DNA from: a virus
IMG/VR virus record: IMGVR_UViG_3300048583_000034
Span: 35,181-99,180 of that record
Reading direction: 5' to 3' (one strand)
DNA length: 64,000 nt
Position 1 is the stretch's first letter, and each line of letters starts with the position of its first letter. The notes below the pieces were generated by a model that ran no database searches, was not told the DNA's origin, and saw only the letters and a program-made list of their open reading frames with translations. Position numbers and translations under genes: made by a program. Of the stretch, positions 38,620 to 49,951 are shown in pieces.

Positions 38620-39429
38620 TTAACGAAGACTTACCATGGTGTCATAAATCTCAATGACCTTGGCATGAGGAATAACCTGACAACCCACTACAACATCAGT
38701 AGATGTGATTCTCGAATTATAACCAGCAATATATCCAATAGGTTCATCAGGTTCAACACTCTTATTTTGGGTGTCAGTGGCATAAGCTTCGATTTCTGCC
38801 AAGTCTTTTGAGAAATGATACTCCTTCTCATCATAAGAATTAGGAGAGTAAGTATCATTTGCTCCGACATACATACTATCAGAGTAAATTAGAACGCTAC
38901 GATAGTCTTTCTCATCCCAAGCAGCAATCCACTTTTCAACGGTGTCGTTATATCTATTGAGATATCCGAGTGAGCTTAGGACATAGATAAGTGCCTTTCG
39001 TTCAATAGAACTATTAATAGTGATATTCATGCGGAAATCGCGTTTTTTAACGGATTTCCTTGAAAGAATTTTATCACGAAGACCCGAGATAGTCTCAAAG
39101 GAGATATCAGCACCATTAATATAAAGCGTGTCACGATTGACTTCTGCCTTATAATCACCAACATTAATTGGTTTGGTTTTAAACAATGCTTGAAGAAACT
39201 CTGATAGATCTTTGGAGAAGATATATTCTCGATCAGTATAATATATGTTGGGGCCAGTATTACCGGCCAACCTCATATTGTCTTTGACGACAGTATTATC
39301 ATAACCATGATATATTGCATGGGCTTCTTGATATGTCTCTACTTCATGATACGTATATCCGAGAGAATATAGTAGAGCCATTAGAGCTTTATGCTCTGTT
39401 TTAGTATGTGTTGTGATGTTTAGTCTCAT
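38620..39429 (-). CDS. tandem-domain hypothetical protein (VGCQ family)
   Basis: Internal duplication L.SLGY...EY.FSKDL; paralog of neighbour. Confidence 0.8.
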   Translation of the reverse strand: MRLNITTHTKTEHKALMALLYSLGYTYHEVETYQEAHAIYHGYDNTVVKDNMRLAGNTGPNIYYTDREYIFSKDLSEFLQALFKTKPINVGDYKAEVNRDTLYINGADISFETISGLRDKILSRKSVKKRDFRMNITINSSIERKALIYVLSSLGYLNRYNDTVEKWIAAWDEKDYRSVLIYSDSMYVGANDTYSPNSYDEKEYHFSKDLAEIEAYATDTQNKSVEPDEPIGYIAGYNSRITSTDVVVGCQVIPHAKVIEIYDTMVSLR

Positions 39430-39430
39430 A

Positions 39431-40237
39431 TTATTGTGCTTGAAGTTTAATCATTGCGGTATAAGCCTCTTCGACCTTATCATATGTGATATATTGGCAA
39501 CCAACTCGAACAGTATCTTTACGAATCTCGACATCAAATCCTGCGATATCTTCGACTTTGCTCTTTTTAGATGAGCCTCCAGTAAGAAGAGGATAAAGTT
39601 CATCCATATCACGGGAGAATACATATTCGGTTCTACCAGTATACTCTCTGTATGAATAATTAGCACCGAAACTTTTCACATCACCATATACGACAATACT
39701 TTTATAATTTTCCTTGGAGCAATCATCACACCATTCTGCAATGGTTCCAAAATAACTATTGTAGCCAAATGAACTCAGAGCATGAATTAGAAATCTTCGT
39801 TCTGCATCATTATTCACGGTAATATGAAGCTGATCAAATGATTCTGGTTTGAAGGTAATGATATCATAAATTTCTTTGACTCGATCAAATGGAACAGTGA
39901 CACCGGGTCCACCGATAAAGAGTTCATCGGCAAAGACTTCAGCAGAATAATCGCCAAAACCAGAGACCAATACCGAAGGTTTTTCTGTCAGAAACTCCAC
40001 GAGTTCACCAATAGAAATATCTGAAATTGTAAAACTATTATGTACATACTTAGAATGGCTAGTGTAGTTAGCGCCAATGACTTTATCATCATAAATAATT
40101 ATATATGGATATTCCTTGAGAGCACCCACACACTTATCAAGTGTCAAGTTATCTTTTTTATACCCAAAAGAGTATAGGAGTGAAATAATTGCCCTTTGTT
40201 CTTCAGGGGACTTTGTTAGGAATTGTGCTTCTTTCAT
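39431..40237 (-). CDS. tandem-domain hypothetical protein (VGCQ family)
   Basis: L.SFGY repeats; VRVGCQYI; start reassigned using promoter. Confidence 0.8.
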   Translation of the reverse strand: MKEAQFLTKSPEEQRAIISLLYSFGYKKDNLTLDKCVGALKEYPYIIIYDDKVIGANYTSHSKYVHNSFTISDISIGELVEFLTEKPSVLVSGFGDYSAEVFADELFIGGPGVTVPFDRVKEIYDIITFKPESFDQLHITVNNDAERRFLIHALSSFGYNSYFGTIAEWCDDCSKENYKSIVVYGDVKSFGANYSYREYTGRTEYVFSRDMDELYPLLTGGSSKKSKVEDIAGFDVEIRKDTVRVGCQYITYDKVEEAYTAMIKLQAQ

Positions 40238-40251
40238 ATGATTATTATAGT

Positions 40252-40590
40252 TTAGTGTTTTATTAGGTCTGTCCAAATTTCTTGGACTCTTGTAATTAGT
40301 CTTGTTTCCCAATTAGGGACTCTATTGATTCTTTTTGATTTGATTACTCCCCTGTTTGTATTGGTGTTGATAACGGCGACACGAATAGCATCTTTACCGC
40401 ACCCAGCAGAGACTCCATTGTTCTTATTAAGCGAGGAGTAAACCATCAGCTTAATATATGGGCGAGACTTGAGACACTTGGTATAAACGATCTCAGAATG
40501 ATGACCGGAGTATTCTTTAACCCAATTCTTTTCAGGCTTAAAGATAGCATCCATTTCCAACTCAGTGATTGTGCAATAGTGAGCAGTCAT
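40252..40590 (-). CDS. hypothetical protein
   Basis: GKDAIRV..KRINRV..W. Confidence 0.75.
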   Translation of the reverse strand: MTAHYCTITELEMDAIFKPEKNWVKEYSGHHSEIVYTKCLKSRPYIKLMVYSSLNKNNGVSAGCGKDAIRVAVINTNTNRGVIKSKRINRVPNWETRLITRVQEIWTDLIKH

Positions 40591-41270
40591 GTATAGAGTT
40601 TACGTTAGTGTTTAATCAGCGCATCCACTCCAAGTCCTCATCATATACATTATCACTACCTGATTCTTTTCCCCAGAATGAAATATAATAATCTTCATTC
40701 CTCACAGGATTTCTACCAAGAAGTTTTGTCATTTTATCTTCAGAGATCTGAAACAACCACCCCCATGATCGATTATACTCCCAATCATCATGTTCGTTGA
40801 CTACCTTTTTAGATTGTTTATCGTAACAAATATATTTGATCCCACTATCAGAACAACATCCATCACCACAACTCCAACGATGAAGAGTTATATCTATATT
40901 GAATCTATGTCCCATGTTAGTTTTTCTTAACGTCTTTCAATCCAAGAATAAAAAAGAATGCTCCAGCGATACGTATAGCGATCTTAGGAAATCCTTCAAG
41001 AGTAATGAAATCGGGTATGATGGTTAGAACACCAGACCTGATAGCGAATGAATAGAGAATCAATCCCCAAATCATTCCAATAACATATCCAAATCCACTC
41101 CTACTATATCCAATAATAAGATACGCTCCCATCAGACCAGACATGAATCTTAAACCAGTCCCAATTCCCCAGCCGCTAAAATCCAAAAAGCAACCAAAAG
41201 ATAAAAGAAGAAGTCCAATAAAGATTCGTAGTCCACCGAAAAGATTTGTTATATTATTCATAAAAAGAGA

Positions 41271-41345
41271 AAGCTATCGTTGGGTTGTTCTATGAAAAAA
41301 ATACAAACAATTAGAAGCCACTCAGCTTCAACCCAACGATAGCTT
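41271..41345. terminator. 17-bp inverted repeat downstream of RHH-like gene
   Basis: AAGCTATCGTTGGGTTG / CAACCCAACGATAGCTT. Confidence 0.65.
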
Positions 41346-41352
41346 GGAATTA

Positions 41353-41760
41353 TCAGACTCCCGAAACAACCAGAGTTTCTGGCTCATCTGCTTCAGTAGT
41401 CTCGACAGAAGGAGCAGCAGCTTCAGCCAACTTCTTTTGAAGATTAGCAAGTTGACGCTCCAGTTTGCGTTGAGCCTTTTGTTCAGGAGTAAGTTCAACC
41501 TTCTCAACCTTTTCTTTCACAACCTTTTCAGGCTTGGCGAGACCAAGACCTTTGACAACGACTGCAAAGGTATCAACCTCGACAGGATTGCCATCATCAT
41601 CAGCGGTAACGCCTTGGCGACCATTGGTTGCAACTTCCAAGAGAAGTTCAATCACACTCTTGTCAGAGAGATTGAATTCTTCCTTCAGAGATTGAAGAGT
41701 TTCCTTTTGTTTCTCGCTGACATTGACAACGAACTGCTTTGTTTTAGTTTTAGTTTCCAT
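41353..41760 (-). CDS. putative ribbon-helix-helix protein, paralog of 22289-22795
   Basis: KQFVVNVSEKQKETLQSLKEEF..LLEVAT..DDDGNP. Confidence 0.75.
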   Translation of the reverse strand: METKTKTKQFVVNVSEKQKETLQSLKEEFNLSDKSVIELLLEVATNGRQGVTADDDGNPVEVDTFAVVVKGLGLAKPEKVVKEKVEKVELTPEQKAQRKLERQLANLQKKLAEAAAPSVETTEADEPETLVVSGV

Positions 41761-41790
41761 ACTCGTTCAGTATATTCTAGTGTTTTATGA

Positions 41791-41985
41791 TTAACGATTC
41801 ACAAAAGCTGCAATGATAAGAGCGACCACAATAATTAAGATCACAAGCAAAAAGCTAATCCAGAGAGGAGAAAGAACCCACAACCAAGACCATGTAATGA
41901 ATCCGGTAAGTTTGAGTCCGATAAATAGGACAGTTAGGAGACCAGCAAATCCGATCCCGCCACTTGATGATGTATTGTTTGACAT
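41791..41985 (-). CDS. small conserved membrane protein
   Basis: GIGFAGLLTVLFIGLKLTG.I.WSWLWVLSPLWI. Confidence 0.8.
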   Translation of the reverse strand: MSNNTSSSGGIGFAGLLTVLFIGLKLTGFITWSWLWVLSPLWISFLLVILIIVVALIIAAFVNR

Positions 41986-42180
41986 AATATTTTAGTTTAG
42001 AAAAAATGCAAATGCTTCTTTGATGATTGAAATTGATACTTGATGTGTGATCATCCACCACAACCATGAAATGGGCCAGAAAATCCAATTCATGATCGAC
42101 CAGAAAAGACTTCCGTGGATTCCATATCCGATGATTGCTGTGAGCAGCCCGATTAGTGTGTATAGTAGGTTTCGCATAAA

Positions 42181-42699
42181 TTAATAAGTTTCAGACCAAG
42201 TCTCGCCAGCAATATCCGATAAAATATAATCAGCTTCTTGAAATTGTTGGAATCTATTTCCCATGTAAATTCCAACGGCATCATTTATGGCACCGAATAA
42301 ACTTTTATGGGTGGAGTGTGTATTGTAATCTAGTGAAGGTGGTTCCCAATAAGAACCAGAATCATATGTTTCATAACCAACCTCGAATTGTCCATCCGCT
42401 GTCTCGAAAATGATAACACCGTCCAAAATCAGAGTATAAAGACTGTCATAAGACCCCAAGGAATCATCGACCTTATTGAATTGATCCTCGATATTCATAC
42501 CTTTAAGAAATTCATTGTACGAATCTTTGAGACTATCGAAATATCGAACCCTACTAATGATGGAACGAATTTCAAATTCGTCTTCCGTTCCATAATTAGG
42601 TTGCGCCATATGCCAATCCCTTTCAGGAGTTTTGACAAACAGTGCCTCCCAAGATGAATCATCATCTTCGAATCGTTCAACCATGAACTCAATTTCCAT
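42181..42699 (-). CDS. acidic hypothetical protein
   Basis: Promoter-led; start reassigned. Confidence 0.7.
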   Translation of the reverse strand: MEIEFMVERFEDDDSSWEALFVKTPERDWHMAQPNYGTEDEFEIRSIISRVRYFDSLKDSYNEFLKGMNIEDQFNKVDDSLGSYDSLYTLILDGVIIFETADGQFEVGYETYDSGSYWEPPSLDYNTHSTHKSLFGAINDAVGIYMGNRFQQFQEADYILSDIAGETWSETY

Positions 42700-42796
42700 G
42701 TTTAGATTGTATCCTAGTGTTTTATTGTGTGGGCAATTATTTGTGGATATACTCAAAAATCCACAAATAATTCAACGTAATTTATTAAATAATAAT

Positions 42797-43558
42797 ATGA
42801 CTGAATTGGAAAAATGTATCGAGGCAGAATCAAACTATCAAAGAACCTATTCCAAACCTAGGGGAAAACAATCTTTGGTAAAATTATTGAAGAATGGTAG
42901 TTATATTTTGCCAGAAAAGGAAGAGACTATTATTGCTTATATGATCAACAATAAAGATGTGGATTATCCACATTTAGTTGATATGTTTAATATCCCTAGG
43001 CCAATTTTAGAAAGATTGAGAGCGAAGAATAATCTACCACCTATCAAAAAGAAAAATGTCGAGAGTTTTCAAAAAATATTGTTATTAGAATCTAAAAGAA
43101 AATGTCCAAGTTGTCAGCATATAAAACCACTGAGCGAATGGTATACGAATAATCCAAGTAGGTGCATAGAATGTGAAAAGCTTAGAGGCCCCATTAAACT
43201 TTTAACTAAGCAAAAGAAGAACAATTCTTCTCTGGAAAATTATTTAAATAATAAATTAGTAGAGTGTAAACAGAGGAAAAAACTTCCCACATGCGCTCTG
43301 ACCTTAGAAGATTTATTGTGCCAATACTCTAAACAAAAAGGTTTATGTTACTATAGCGGGAGGGTAATGGAATTAGCATTAAAAACGGATACCGTCAACT
43401 CTCTATCTATCGATAGAATCGATTCTAGAATAGGATACAATAGAGACAACATCGTATTGTGTTGCTCTATTGTAAACTTTATGAAACAAGAATATCCAGT
43501 AGAACTCTTCTTGAAGATGTGTAACGAAATCAGCCTTCTACATCCTCTGGAATGTTGA
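42797..43558 (+). CDS. HNH-like homing endonuclease (antisense)
   Basis: GLCYYSG..SIDRIDSRIGYNRDNIVLCC; TAAATA; 14-bp hairpin 42735-42772 upstream. Confidence 0.85.
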   Translation: MTELEKCIEAESNYQRTYSKPRGKQSLVKLLKNGSYILPEKEETIIAYMINNKDVDYPHLVDMFNIPRPILERLRAKNNLPPIKKKNVESFQKILLLESKRKCPSCQHIKPLSEWYTNNPSRCIECEKLRGPIKLLTKQKKNNSSLENYLNNKLVECKQRKKLPTCALTLEDLLCQYSKQKGLCYYSGRVMELALKTDTVNSLSIDRIDSRIGYNRDNIVLCCSIVNFMKQEYPVELFLKMCNEISLLHPLEC

Positions 43559-44054
43559 GAATGTTATCTGCTTTAATTGTGAAACATGCTGGTCGATCTT
43601 CATCCGAAGGATCGAGAAGCTTTTTAGCTTCTGCGGGAGTCAAATACTTGGCAAATTCTGCTTTATCTACAAGTTCACCATCTACAAAGAAAACAGATTT
43701 TGGAATATGATTTGCTGCCCCACTTGGGTAAAGTCTGAGATAATCTTGATCTTTATGAGTAATAATGTAGGGGAACATACTGTTCCCAGATTCATCAAGT
43801 TTCCAAGTTCCCCAAGGGAGTTCTTGAACTTCTCCGCGAGTTCCATCAGCAATACCTTTCTTGACAGAAGAAAGATTGGTATAATTCACACCAGCTTGAA
43901 CAACAGCAACCGTGTGTTTTTCGAGCACAGTATTCTTATGCGCTGCCGCTGGCTTAGGATTGGATTTCCAAGCAGCCTTAACGAATTGTCCCTTACTGGA
44001 CAAAAGTTTGTTTTTGATAACGTCCGCTGAAAGCGCGATAGATGTAGTAGTCAT
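43530..44054 (-). CDS. conserved phage hypothetical protein
   Basis: AGVNY..LPWG..YLRLYP. Confidence 0.8.
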   Translation of the reverse strand: MTTTSIALSADVIKNKLLSSKGQFVKAAWKSNPKPAAAHKNTVLEKHTVAVVQAGVNYTNLSSVKKGIADGTRGEVQELPWGTWKLDESGNSMFPYIITHKDQDYLRLYPSGAANHIPKSVFFVDGELVDKAEFAKYLTPAEAKKLLDPSDEDRPACFTIKADNILNIPEDVEG

Positions 44055-44798
44055 GAGTAGATTATGTTCTAGTGTTTTATTAATAGTATTGCTTTACGAG
44101 AGGATGCATTTCATTCGGGAAGTGATAAGTCTTACCTTCCCATCCACGAATTTTATCACCATCTCCATTATAGAAGTGTCCAATCTTTCCATTGGTGGAT
44201 GATAAGATCATTGAGGTTGTCATCTTAGCGGACTTGATTTGATCATCATAGTTTCTAAGAGTGAGCTTGTAGAATTGTCGGGTTAGCCATTTCATATCGT
44301 TATGATACTTTAGTGTTTAAAGAAGATGTTTTCCACTGATATCCATCACTTTGTCAGAGAACAAAATCGTCTGAGCGGCAATTAGAATTATATTGTTATG
44401 AATTTTATCAGGACTAATCATTTGTTGGACCACGATACCATTTTCTACTCTATGAGTAGACAACCCATCAATGACAACCATATCATCAATCACTCGATGA
44501 TATACACCATGAAGTAGAGAGACATCCTCAGTAATTGGTTCGATGTATCTATGAATCTTGATCATATAAAGTTGGTTGAGGTTTCTGAAAAGTTTCGAAT
44601 CTTTCAAACATTACAATATTTCCACAATTAGCACACCTACATTTCGAGTAACCGTAGTAACAATAGTCATCTGACCTTGTCTCATATTCCCGGAGAGCAC
44701 AAAAGTTATCAGGCATCAGGATAAGTATTTCATGTTTACAAAAGTAAGCGCGAATTCTTCCGAAGAACCTTTTCATGTATTAAGTATAACCTAGTGTT

Positions 44799-45494
44799 TT
44801 ATAGTTCAATAACAAACCCACTAGTATCTTTTTTTCCTTTGGTTCCTTTGGCAATGAGTCCAATAATAACACCATTAGGATTCAAAAATCTGAGATCATT
44901 AGAGTCACCTTCTACGACCTCCTTACCCATATATTTTTTAGGGATACGATCCTTAAATACCATAGCTACCGATCCACCCATCCCCATAACAATTTCACAA
45001 GCATCTTGATTTGTCTCGGAACGAGAGAATGTGAGGTGATAGTTCTTAGGCATTTCACCCATTAGAAACTTGATCATCCTTTTAAGATTCTTCCCGTAAT
45101 CATAGAATTGAACATCAGGAAACATTTCCATAATGTTCTTACCATCAATCTTAATATTCTCCCAAGGGATATCAGAGGTAAGATTCAAACGAAAGCAAGG
45201 GATAAGACCATTCTTTCGAGTTCTACGAATAGCAGTTTCAACTTCACCGATTAGGGTTTGAAGGAAAGCTTTGTTATTGGAAGTGAAGAGTTGGGTCTTA
45301 CGAATCCGAGCTTGTTGAACAAATGGGTAGCTTCCAAAGCCCGCCCCGAATAAACAAGCCTTTGCACATCCTTCAGATGCATCAGGACACATATTTTTTC
45401 CTGATAACGTATGAGGTGCGAGATGAATCCCAAACGTGCGATAGCCCAGAGATAGGGACTTTTCTAATTTTGTATTTGTGGTAAGCAGCGACAT
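44799..45494 (-). CDS. Gp88-like protein
   Basis: CP.AS.GC...CL..AG, RLNLTSDI.W, QFYDY, GD..DLRF. Confidence 0.7.
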   Translation of the reverse strand: MSLLTTNTKLEKSLSLGYRTFGIHLAPHTLSGKNMCPDASEGCAKACLFGAGFGSYPFVQQARIRKTQLFTSNNKAFLQTLIGEVETAIRRTRKNGLIPCFRLNLTSDIPWENIKIDGKNIMEMFPDVQFYDYGKNLKRMIKFLMGEMPKNYHLTFSRSETNQDACEIVMGMGGSVAMVFKDRIPKKYMGKEVVEGDSNDLRFLNPNGVIIGLIAKGTKGKKDTSGFVIEL

Positions 45495-45555
45495 GCCATG
45501 AATATATTTTAGTGTTTTATCGAAAAGTTTGTCTTTATTCTACTAAATAAGAATA

Positions 45556-46185
45556 ATGATCAAACAATCTAAACCAAGGAAAATTTTTTCGGAAGAAATG
45601 AAATTAGAAATAATGGAGTTTGAAAAGAATAATACTATTTCGGATACCTGTAAAAAATTTGACGTATCTAAATACACCATCAATAAATGGAAAGGATGGG
45701 TCAGGAAAAACGCTTCCGAGTCTAATAAGAGATGGTATTCCAATAACGGCAAAGAGTATTATTCAGATCCACTCAATAAACAAAAGCATTTAGAGAGTAG
45801 TAGAAAACGTAGGAAAAATTTTCCAACCGAAGGGAAAGAAAGAAGTAAGATTTATAATAGTAAATGCAGATTTAAAAAATTGGCAGGATATGCCAATAGA
45901 ACTTTTATTAGAAAAAATAAACAGGATTTTTATGTTATAACTGCTGGAGATCTTTGGAAGATCGCAAAGAAACAAAGATTGATATGTCCTTTAACAGGAA
46001 TAAGATTGAATGCGTCTAATATGTCAGTGGATCATATTATTCCAATAAGCAAAGGAGGAACCAATCATCCATCCAATATTAGATTGGTTCAGAAATGGGT
46101 TAACATAATGTTACAAGATAAAACCGACGAAGAATTTTTCTTAATGTGTCGAACTATCACAACTTATCAAGAAAGTATTTCATAA
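45556..46185 (+). CDS. HTH + HNH homing endonuclease (antisense)
   Basis: SVDHIIPISKGGTNHPSNI; TAAATA at 45545. Confidence 0.88.
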   Translation: MIKQSKPRKIFSEEMKLEIMEFEKNNTISDTCKKFDVSKYTINKWKGWVRKNASESNKRWYSNNGKEYYSDPLNKQKHLESSRKRRKNFPTEGKERSKIYNSKCRFKKLAGYANRTFIRKNKQDFYVITAGDLWKIAKKQRLICPLTGIRLNASNMSVDHIIPISKGGTNHPSNIRLVQKWVNIMLQDKTDEEFFLMCRTITTYQESIS

Positions 46186-48012
46186 CTGAAATATATTCTA
46201 GTGTTTAATAAGATATCCCGTTCTTATGTAATGAAGCTTTCATTTTATCCAATTCCACTTTAGGAATGAGAACAAGATTCTTCTTGATGATGAAACTTTT
46301 GATAGTGGACATCACTGAGTCTTGTAGAGCATGACCTGACTTATACCACGTATTCTTATTATAGAACTTCTCTCGGAGTTCTTCTATGAATTTATCAGTT
46401 TCCATAACAATAGAATACTTTAGTGTTTAACCAAACCTTTTCTTGAAGGCGATGAATTGTCTATTCGATTTAAACTTAATATCTAAATCATAAACCTGAA
46501 TAGCTGGGATATAAATGGTATCCATATTATTACACTGATATGGTATCTTATTCCTCCCCAAGTAATAAACTACCTCACATAGCTTAATAACATTACCATG
46601 GGATCTCCATTTTCCTCTTATAGGAAGTTGCATGTTTGTTTGAAACATTCTGGTTTATCGATTCTAACATACTTAATAGACCCATTGTCATTGTTTTCCA
46701 ACTTGAACCAAGTTTCAGCATCTTCTTGATCGCCCCAACAGACATCATCGATCTCTCCGATGGTTCTTTTCTCGATCAAGAGATACTCATAATAACATTC
46801 GCACAGACCATAAGGAGAATCTTCCTGTTCGATAAGCGCAATTAATTCATCCCTATCCAAGAAACACCCACGATAAGCTTTACCAAGGTTGATTCTGGTT
46901 TCTGGAACGTGAGGATTTTCTTTTCTCCATTTGGTATGGAATTCTTTTCTTTCTTGCCTAGACATTCCTTCCACCAACTTCATGTAGTCCGCTTCATCCT
47001 TTCGCATCTTCTCCCACCCATCAATATGGGACTGTGAGAATGAAATGAGAGCGTATATGTTTTGTGGTGGATTCATGAATTTGTCAGATTTATAAGTTTG
47101 TCAGATCGATGAAGTTATATTATCCTAGTGTTTTAAACATCCCAATCTCTCGGAATCTTAGGATAAACAATAGGCTCACGTTTAGGTGTAATAGCTTCAA
47201 CGATCCTATCCCTGTCCTTCCAATAAATATCTGGACGTTTACAGTATTCGATAATGGCATCAGTCGCCACACCAGAAGAACATCCGCATAAAGTCCCGAC
47301 AACATTTTCCACCCATTCTTCTCGCTCTTTTACTAGATCAACTTCTCCACGCATTCTCTTAACGTGATACTCTTCATTTTCGTCAAAGTCTCTTACCAAT
47401 TCATCGTATTCTTCATCCGACATCAACCCAGCCTTATAGAAAATCTCAGCTATGTTAGAATATGTTAGGAATATTTCTTGATCCTCTAATACATCAGTTG
47501 CACTAGACATATTCCAAATGGAATGCAATAGATAGCTTTTACGATCTTCTTCCATATTAATGATCTTTCAAAAATGCTGCGAGTGAATCAATCTTAAACA
47601 TGCCCATCATCATAGCAGATGCGTGTTGTGAATACTTAAAAAAGTCCCCCGAATCAAATGATACACCTTCGGGATAGACAAACGCATAAGTGGTTGGAGA
47701 GAACTCATTAATAAAGTCAGGCTCATATTTACAGATATCCTTTTCCTTTATTTGTATCATCAGCTTTTCACAACTAGTTTTTTGTGATGGACCATTAGAT
47801 GTGAATATAAAACCGTGCCTATCAGAGTAGTTGGTCTTTAGTTCTTGTATTGATAAGTTTCGGTATGTCATAAGATGGGAGAGGTGGAATGCTATCGATA
47901 ATGATATAATCAGATTTTCTAAATGAATCAGGCTTAGGTTCAGGATGATGTAATAGAACTATCCTAATCCCATTATCCTTCATGGACTTGAAATACTTAT
48001 TAAATAAAGTCT

Positions 48013-48513
48013 TCATCCTCTAATGAAATATGTATAACCTTCAACTTCAATATCAAAATAGTCTACCTTTGCTTCTTCAGCAGCAGCTTCCCAATCCATA
48101 CTCATGTTGTTCCATGGCCAAGAGTCCAAACCCTTCGGTTCCTCATAACAATCACCAATCAAATCTTTGATATAATCCGTAAAATATGATTCGAGAATTA
48201 ATGAGGTTCCATAAATCCAATCAGGTGCATGTTCCGCATCTCTATTAACTTCGACCAGAGTATCCAACTCATCCTTGTCGAAGGATTGATTGAATTGATC
48301 CAAAGCTTCTTGAGCTTCTTCGACTGCCATCACTAAAGGTTCATCTTCATTCTCTACAAAATCAAGATTATCCATTCGATGGGCCATAAGATCATCTTTA
48401 GCATCTTCCAAGGCAGATTCAAGAAGATCGAACTCATCTTGGAATTCTTCCAGTCTTGTTATGACATCACGCGAATCGATTATATCGTCGCCCCAATCAA
48501 AATTTGCACTCAT
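48013..48513 (-). CDS. very acidic protein, ArdA/Ocr-like antirestriction candidate
   Basis: D/E-rich; DWEAAA..DY...TYFIR C-terminus. Confidence 0.5.
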   Translation of the reverse strand: MSANFDWGDDIIDSRDVITRLEEFQDEFDLLESALEDAKDDLMAHRMDNLDFVENEDEPLVMAVEEAQEALDQFNQSFDKDELDTLVEVNRDAEHAPDWIYGTSLILESYFTDYIKDLIGDCYEEPKGLDSWPWNNMSMDWEAAAEEAKVDYFDIEVEGYTYFIRG

Positions 48514-48888
48514 GTTAATATGTTATACTAGTGTTTAATTCTTCTCCAGAAATATGAACCAATCCCAATCGATAACCAGCTTCCCATTCTTTGTAATCAT
48601 CATAGATCATATCACCATAGATAACATGTTCATTCCAGAACGTTTGCCTATCTTGATCTTCATGATTCTTTGTAACTCTACCGAACTCGAACCCTTGGAG
48701 GGATAATGACTTAGTCTTCATTGTTTGCTATTTTTAGGGCTTGTCTATTACAATCCAGAACCTTTTCCAGAATGTCTATACATTCACACAATTCGTTTCG
48801 AGCTTCTGTTATAGTAAGCTCTGATATCAACTTAACACCTTTACCGGGAATATTAACTTGATATGTTTTCCAATCTTTCTTCATAAAA

Positions 48889-49466
48889 TGGTGTCCGGGT
48901 ATACTCGTCATTATTGAGGATTAAGATTTATCTATTCTTTCCTCGCAGACGCCGAACCTTTATGAGAGATTGGATGGAATCGAACCACCGACGTTGCAAC
49001 ATCCCTAACTACCATCTTCCACATAATTGAGTTGCAACTCGCATATGTATGCATTAGGACAATCCCTTTATTTTAAATAGGTAGGTCGCCACTCCTACTT
49101 CCCTTTCTCTTGATCTTTGGGGATTACTACTGGACTAATATCAAGTGTCTTCACCACTACATAAGTATGTCTCCGCTCGCATGAGGAATACGTCCTCGCC
49201 TAAACTTAGCTTCCACACTGCTATTTAAAATAAATCTATAATGATTAAGTGAGCAGGAATTGAACCTACAACGAACGATACATAATCGTTTTCAGGAATA
49301 ACATATCACCAGTGCCGACCCCAATGTATATTACCTTTATCCCGTCCTGTATTGATATACAACCACTCTCCAATAATGGTATCACTTAAAGAAGCATGTG
49401 TTGGAGTCGAATCCAACATCTCACGGATACTATCCGCCCGTCTTAAGAATTTAAACGAACACGCTT
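48889..49466 (-). ncRNA. cluster of 4-5 tRNA-like RNAs (acceptor + T-arm retained)
   Basis: T-arms GGTGG-TTCGATT-CCATC, GTAGG-TTCAATT-CCTGC, GTTGGA-TTCGAC-TCCAAC next to terminal stems. Confidence 0.65.
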
Positions 49467-49578
49467 TGAACTGAATTGTTTCTATTATACCCGCGACAGA
49501 AACAAGGAGAATTACGCATTGTATAGCCAGCGGTTCTTGTTATGATTTCCCCCATGTGTTTTACCACATAATCCAAAG

Positions 49579-49923
49579 TTATCCCTCGCTAGGGATATTG
49601 AGTGGATCGAATCCAAGATGACCCTTGAGAGCAATCTTATCATAATCCAGATCTCGGAAATACTTGATAGCACGCTTTTCAAGACGCTCGAAAGCATCAA
49701 GCACAGCCTTCTCACGCTCAGGCACACCCGGAAGTTGATATTGTGGAGCAGTAGCACGACCGATAGCGATCTTAGTGCCGAGCTTCTTATCCCAACGATC
49801 TAGGCGAGTGTTGCATAGGGAGAATCCGTAATCAACAGTATCACCGTTTTTAATCGCTACTGCGATACCACGGGGCTGTTTGGTTTTTTCGTCTCTGATA
49901 TATGTTTTAATGATAGTTTGCAT
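49579..49923 (-). CDS. conserved phage hypothetical protein
   Basis: GFSLCN..D.WDKKLG..IA; start reassigned. Confidence 0.75.
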   Translation of the reverse strand: MQTIIKTYIRDEKTKQPRGIAVAIKNGDTVDYGFSLCNTRLDRWDKKLGTKIAIGRATAPQYQLPGVPEREKAVLDAFERLEKRAIKYFRDLDYDKIALKGHLGFDPLNIPSEG

Positions 49924-49951
49924 ATTGCTAATATATTCTAGTGTTTTATTG

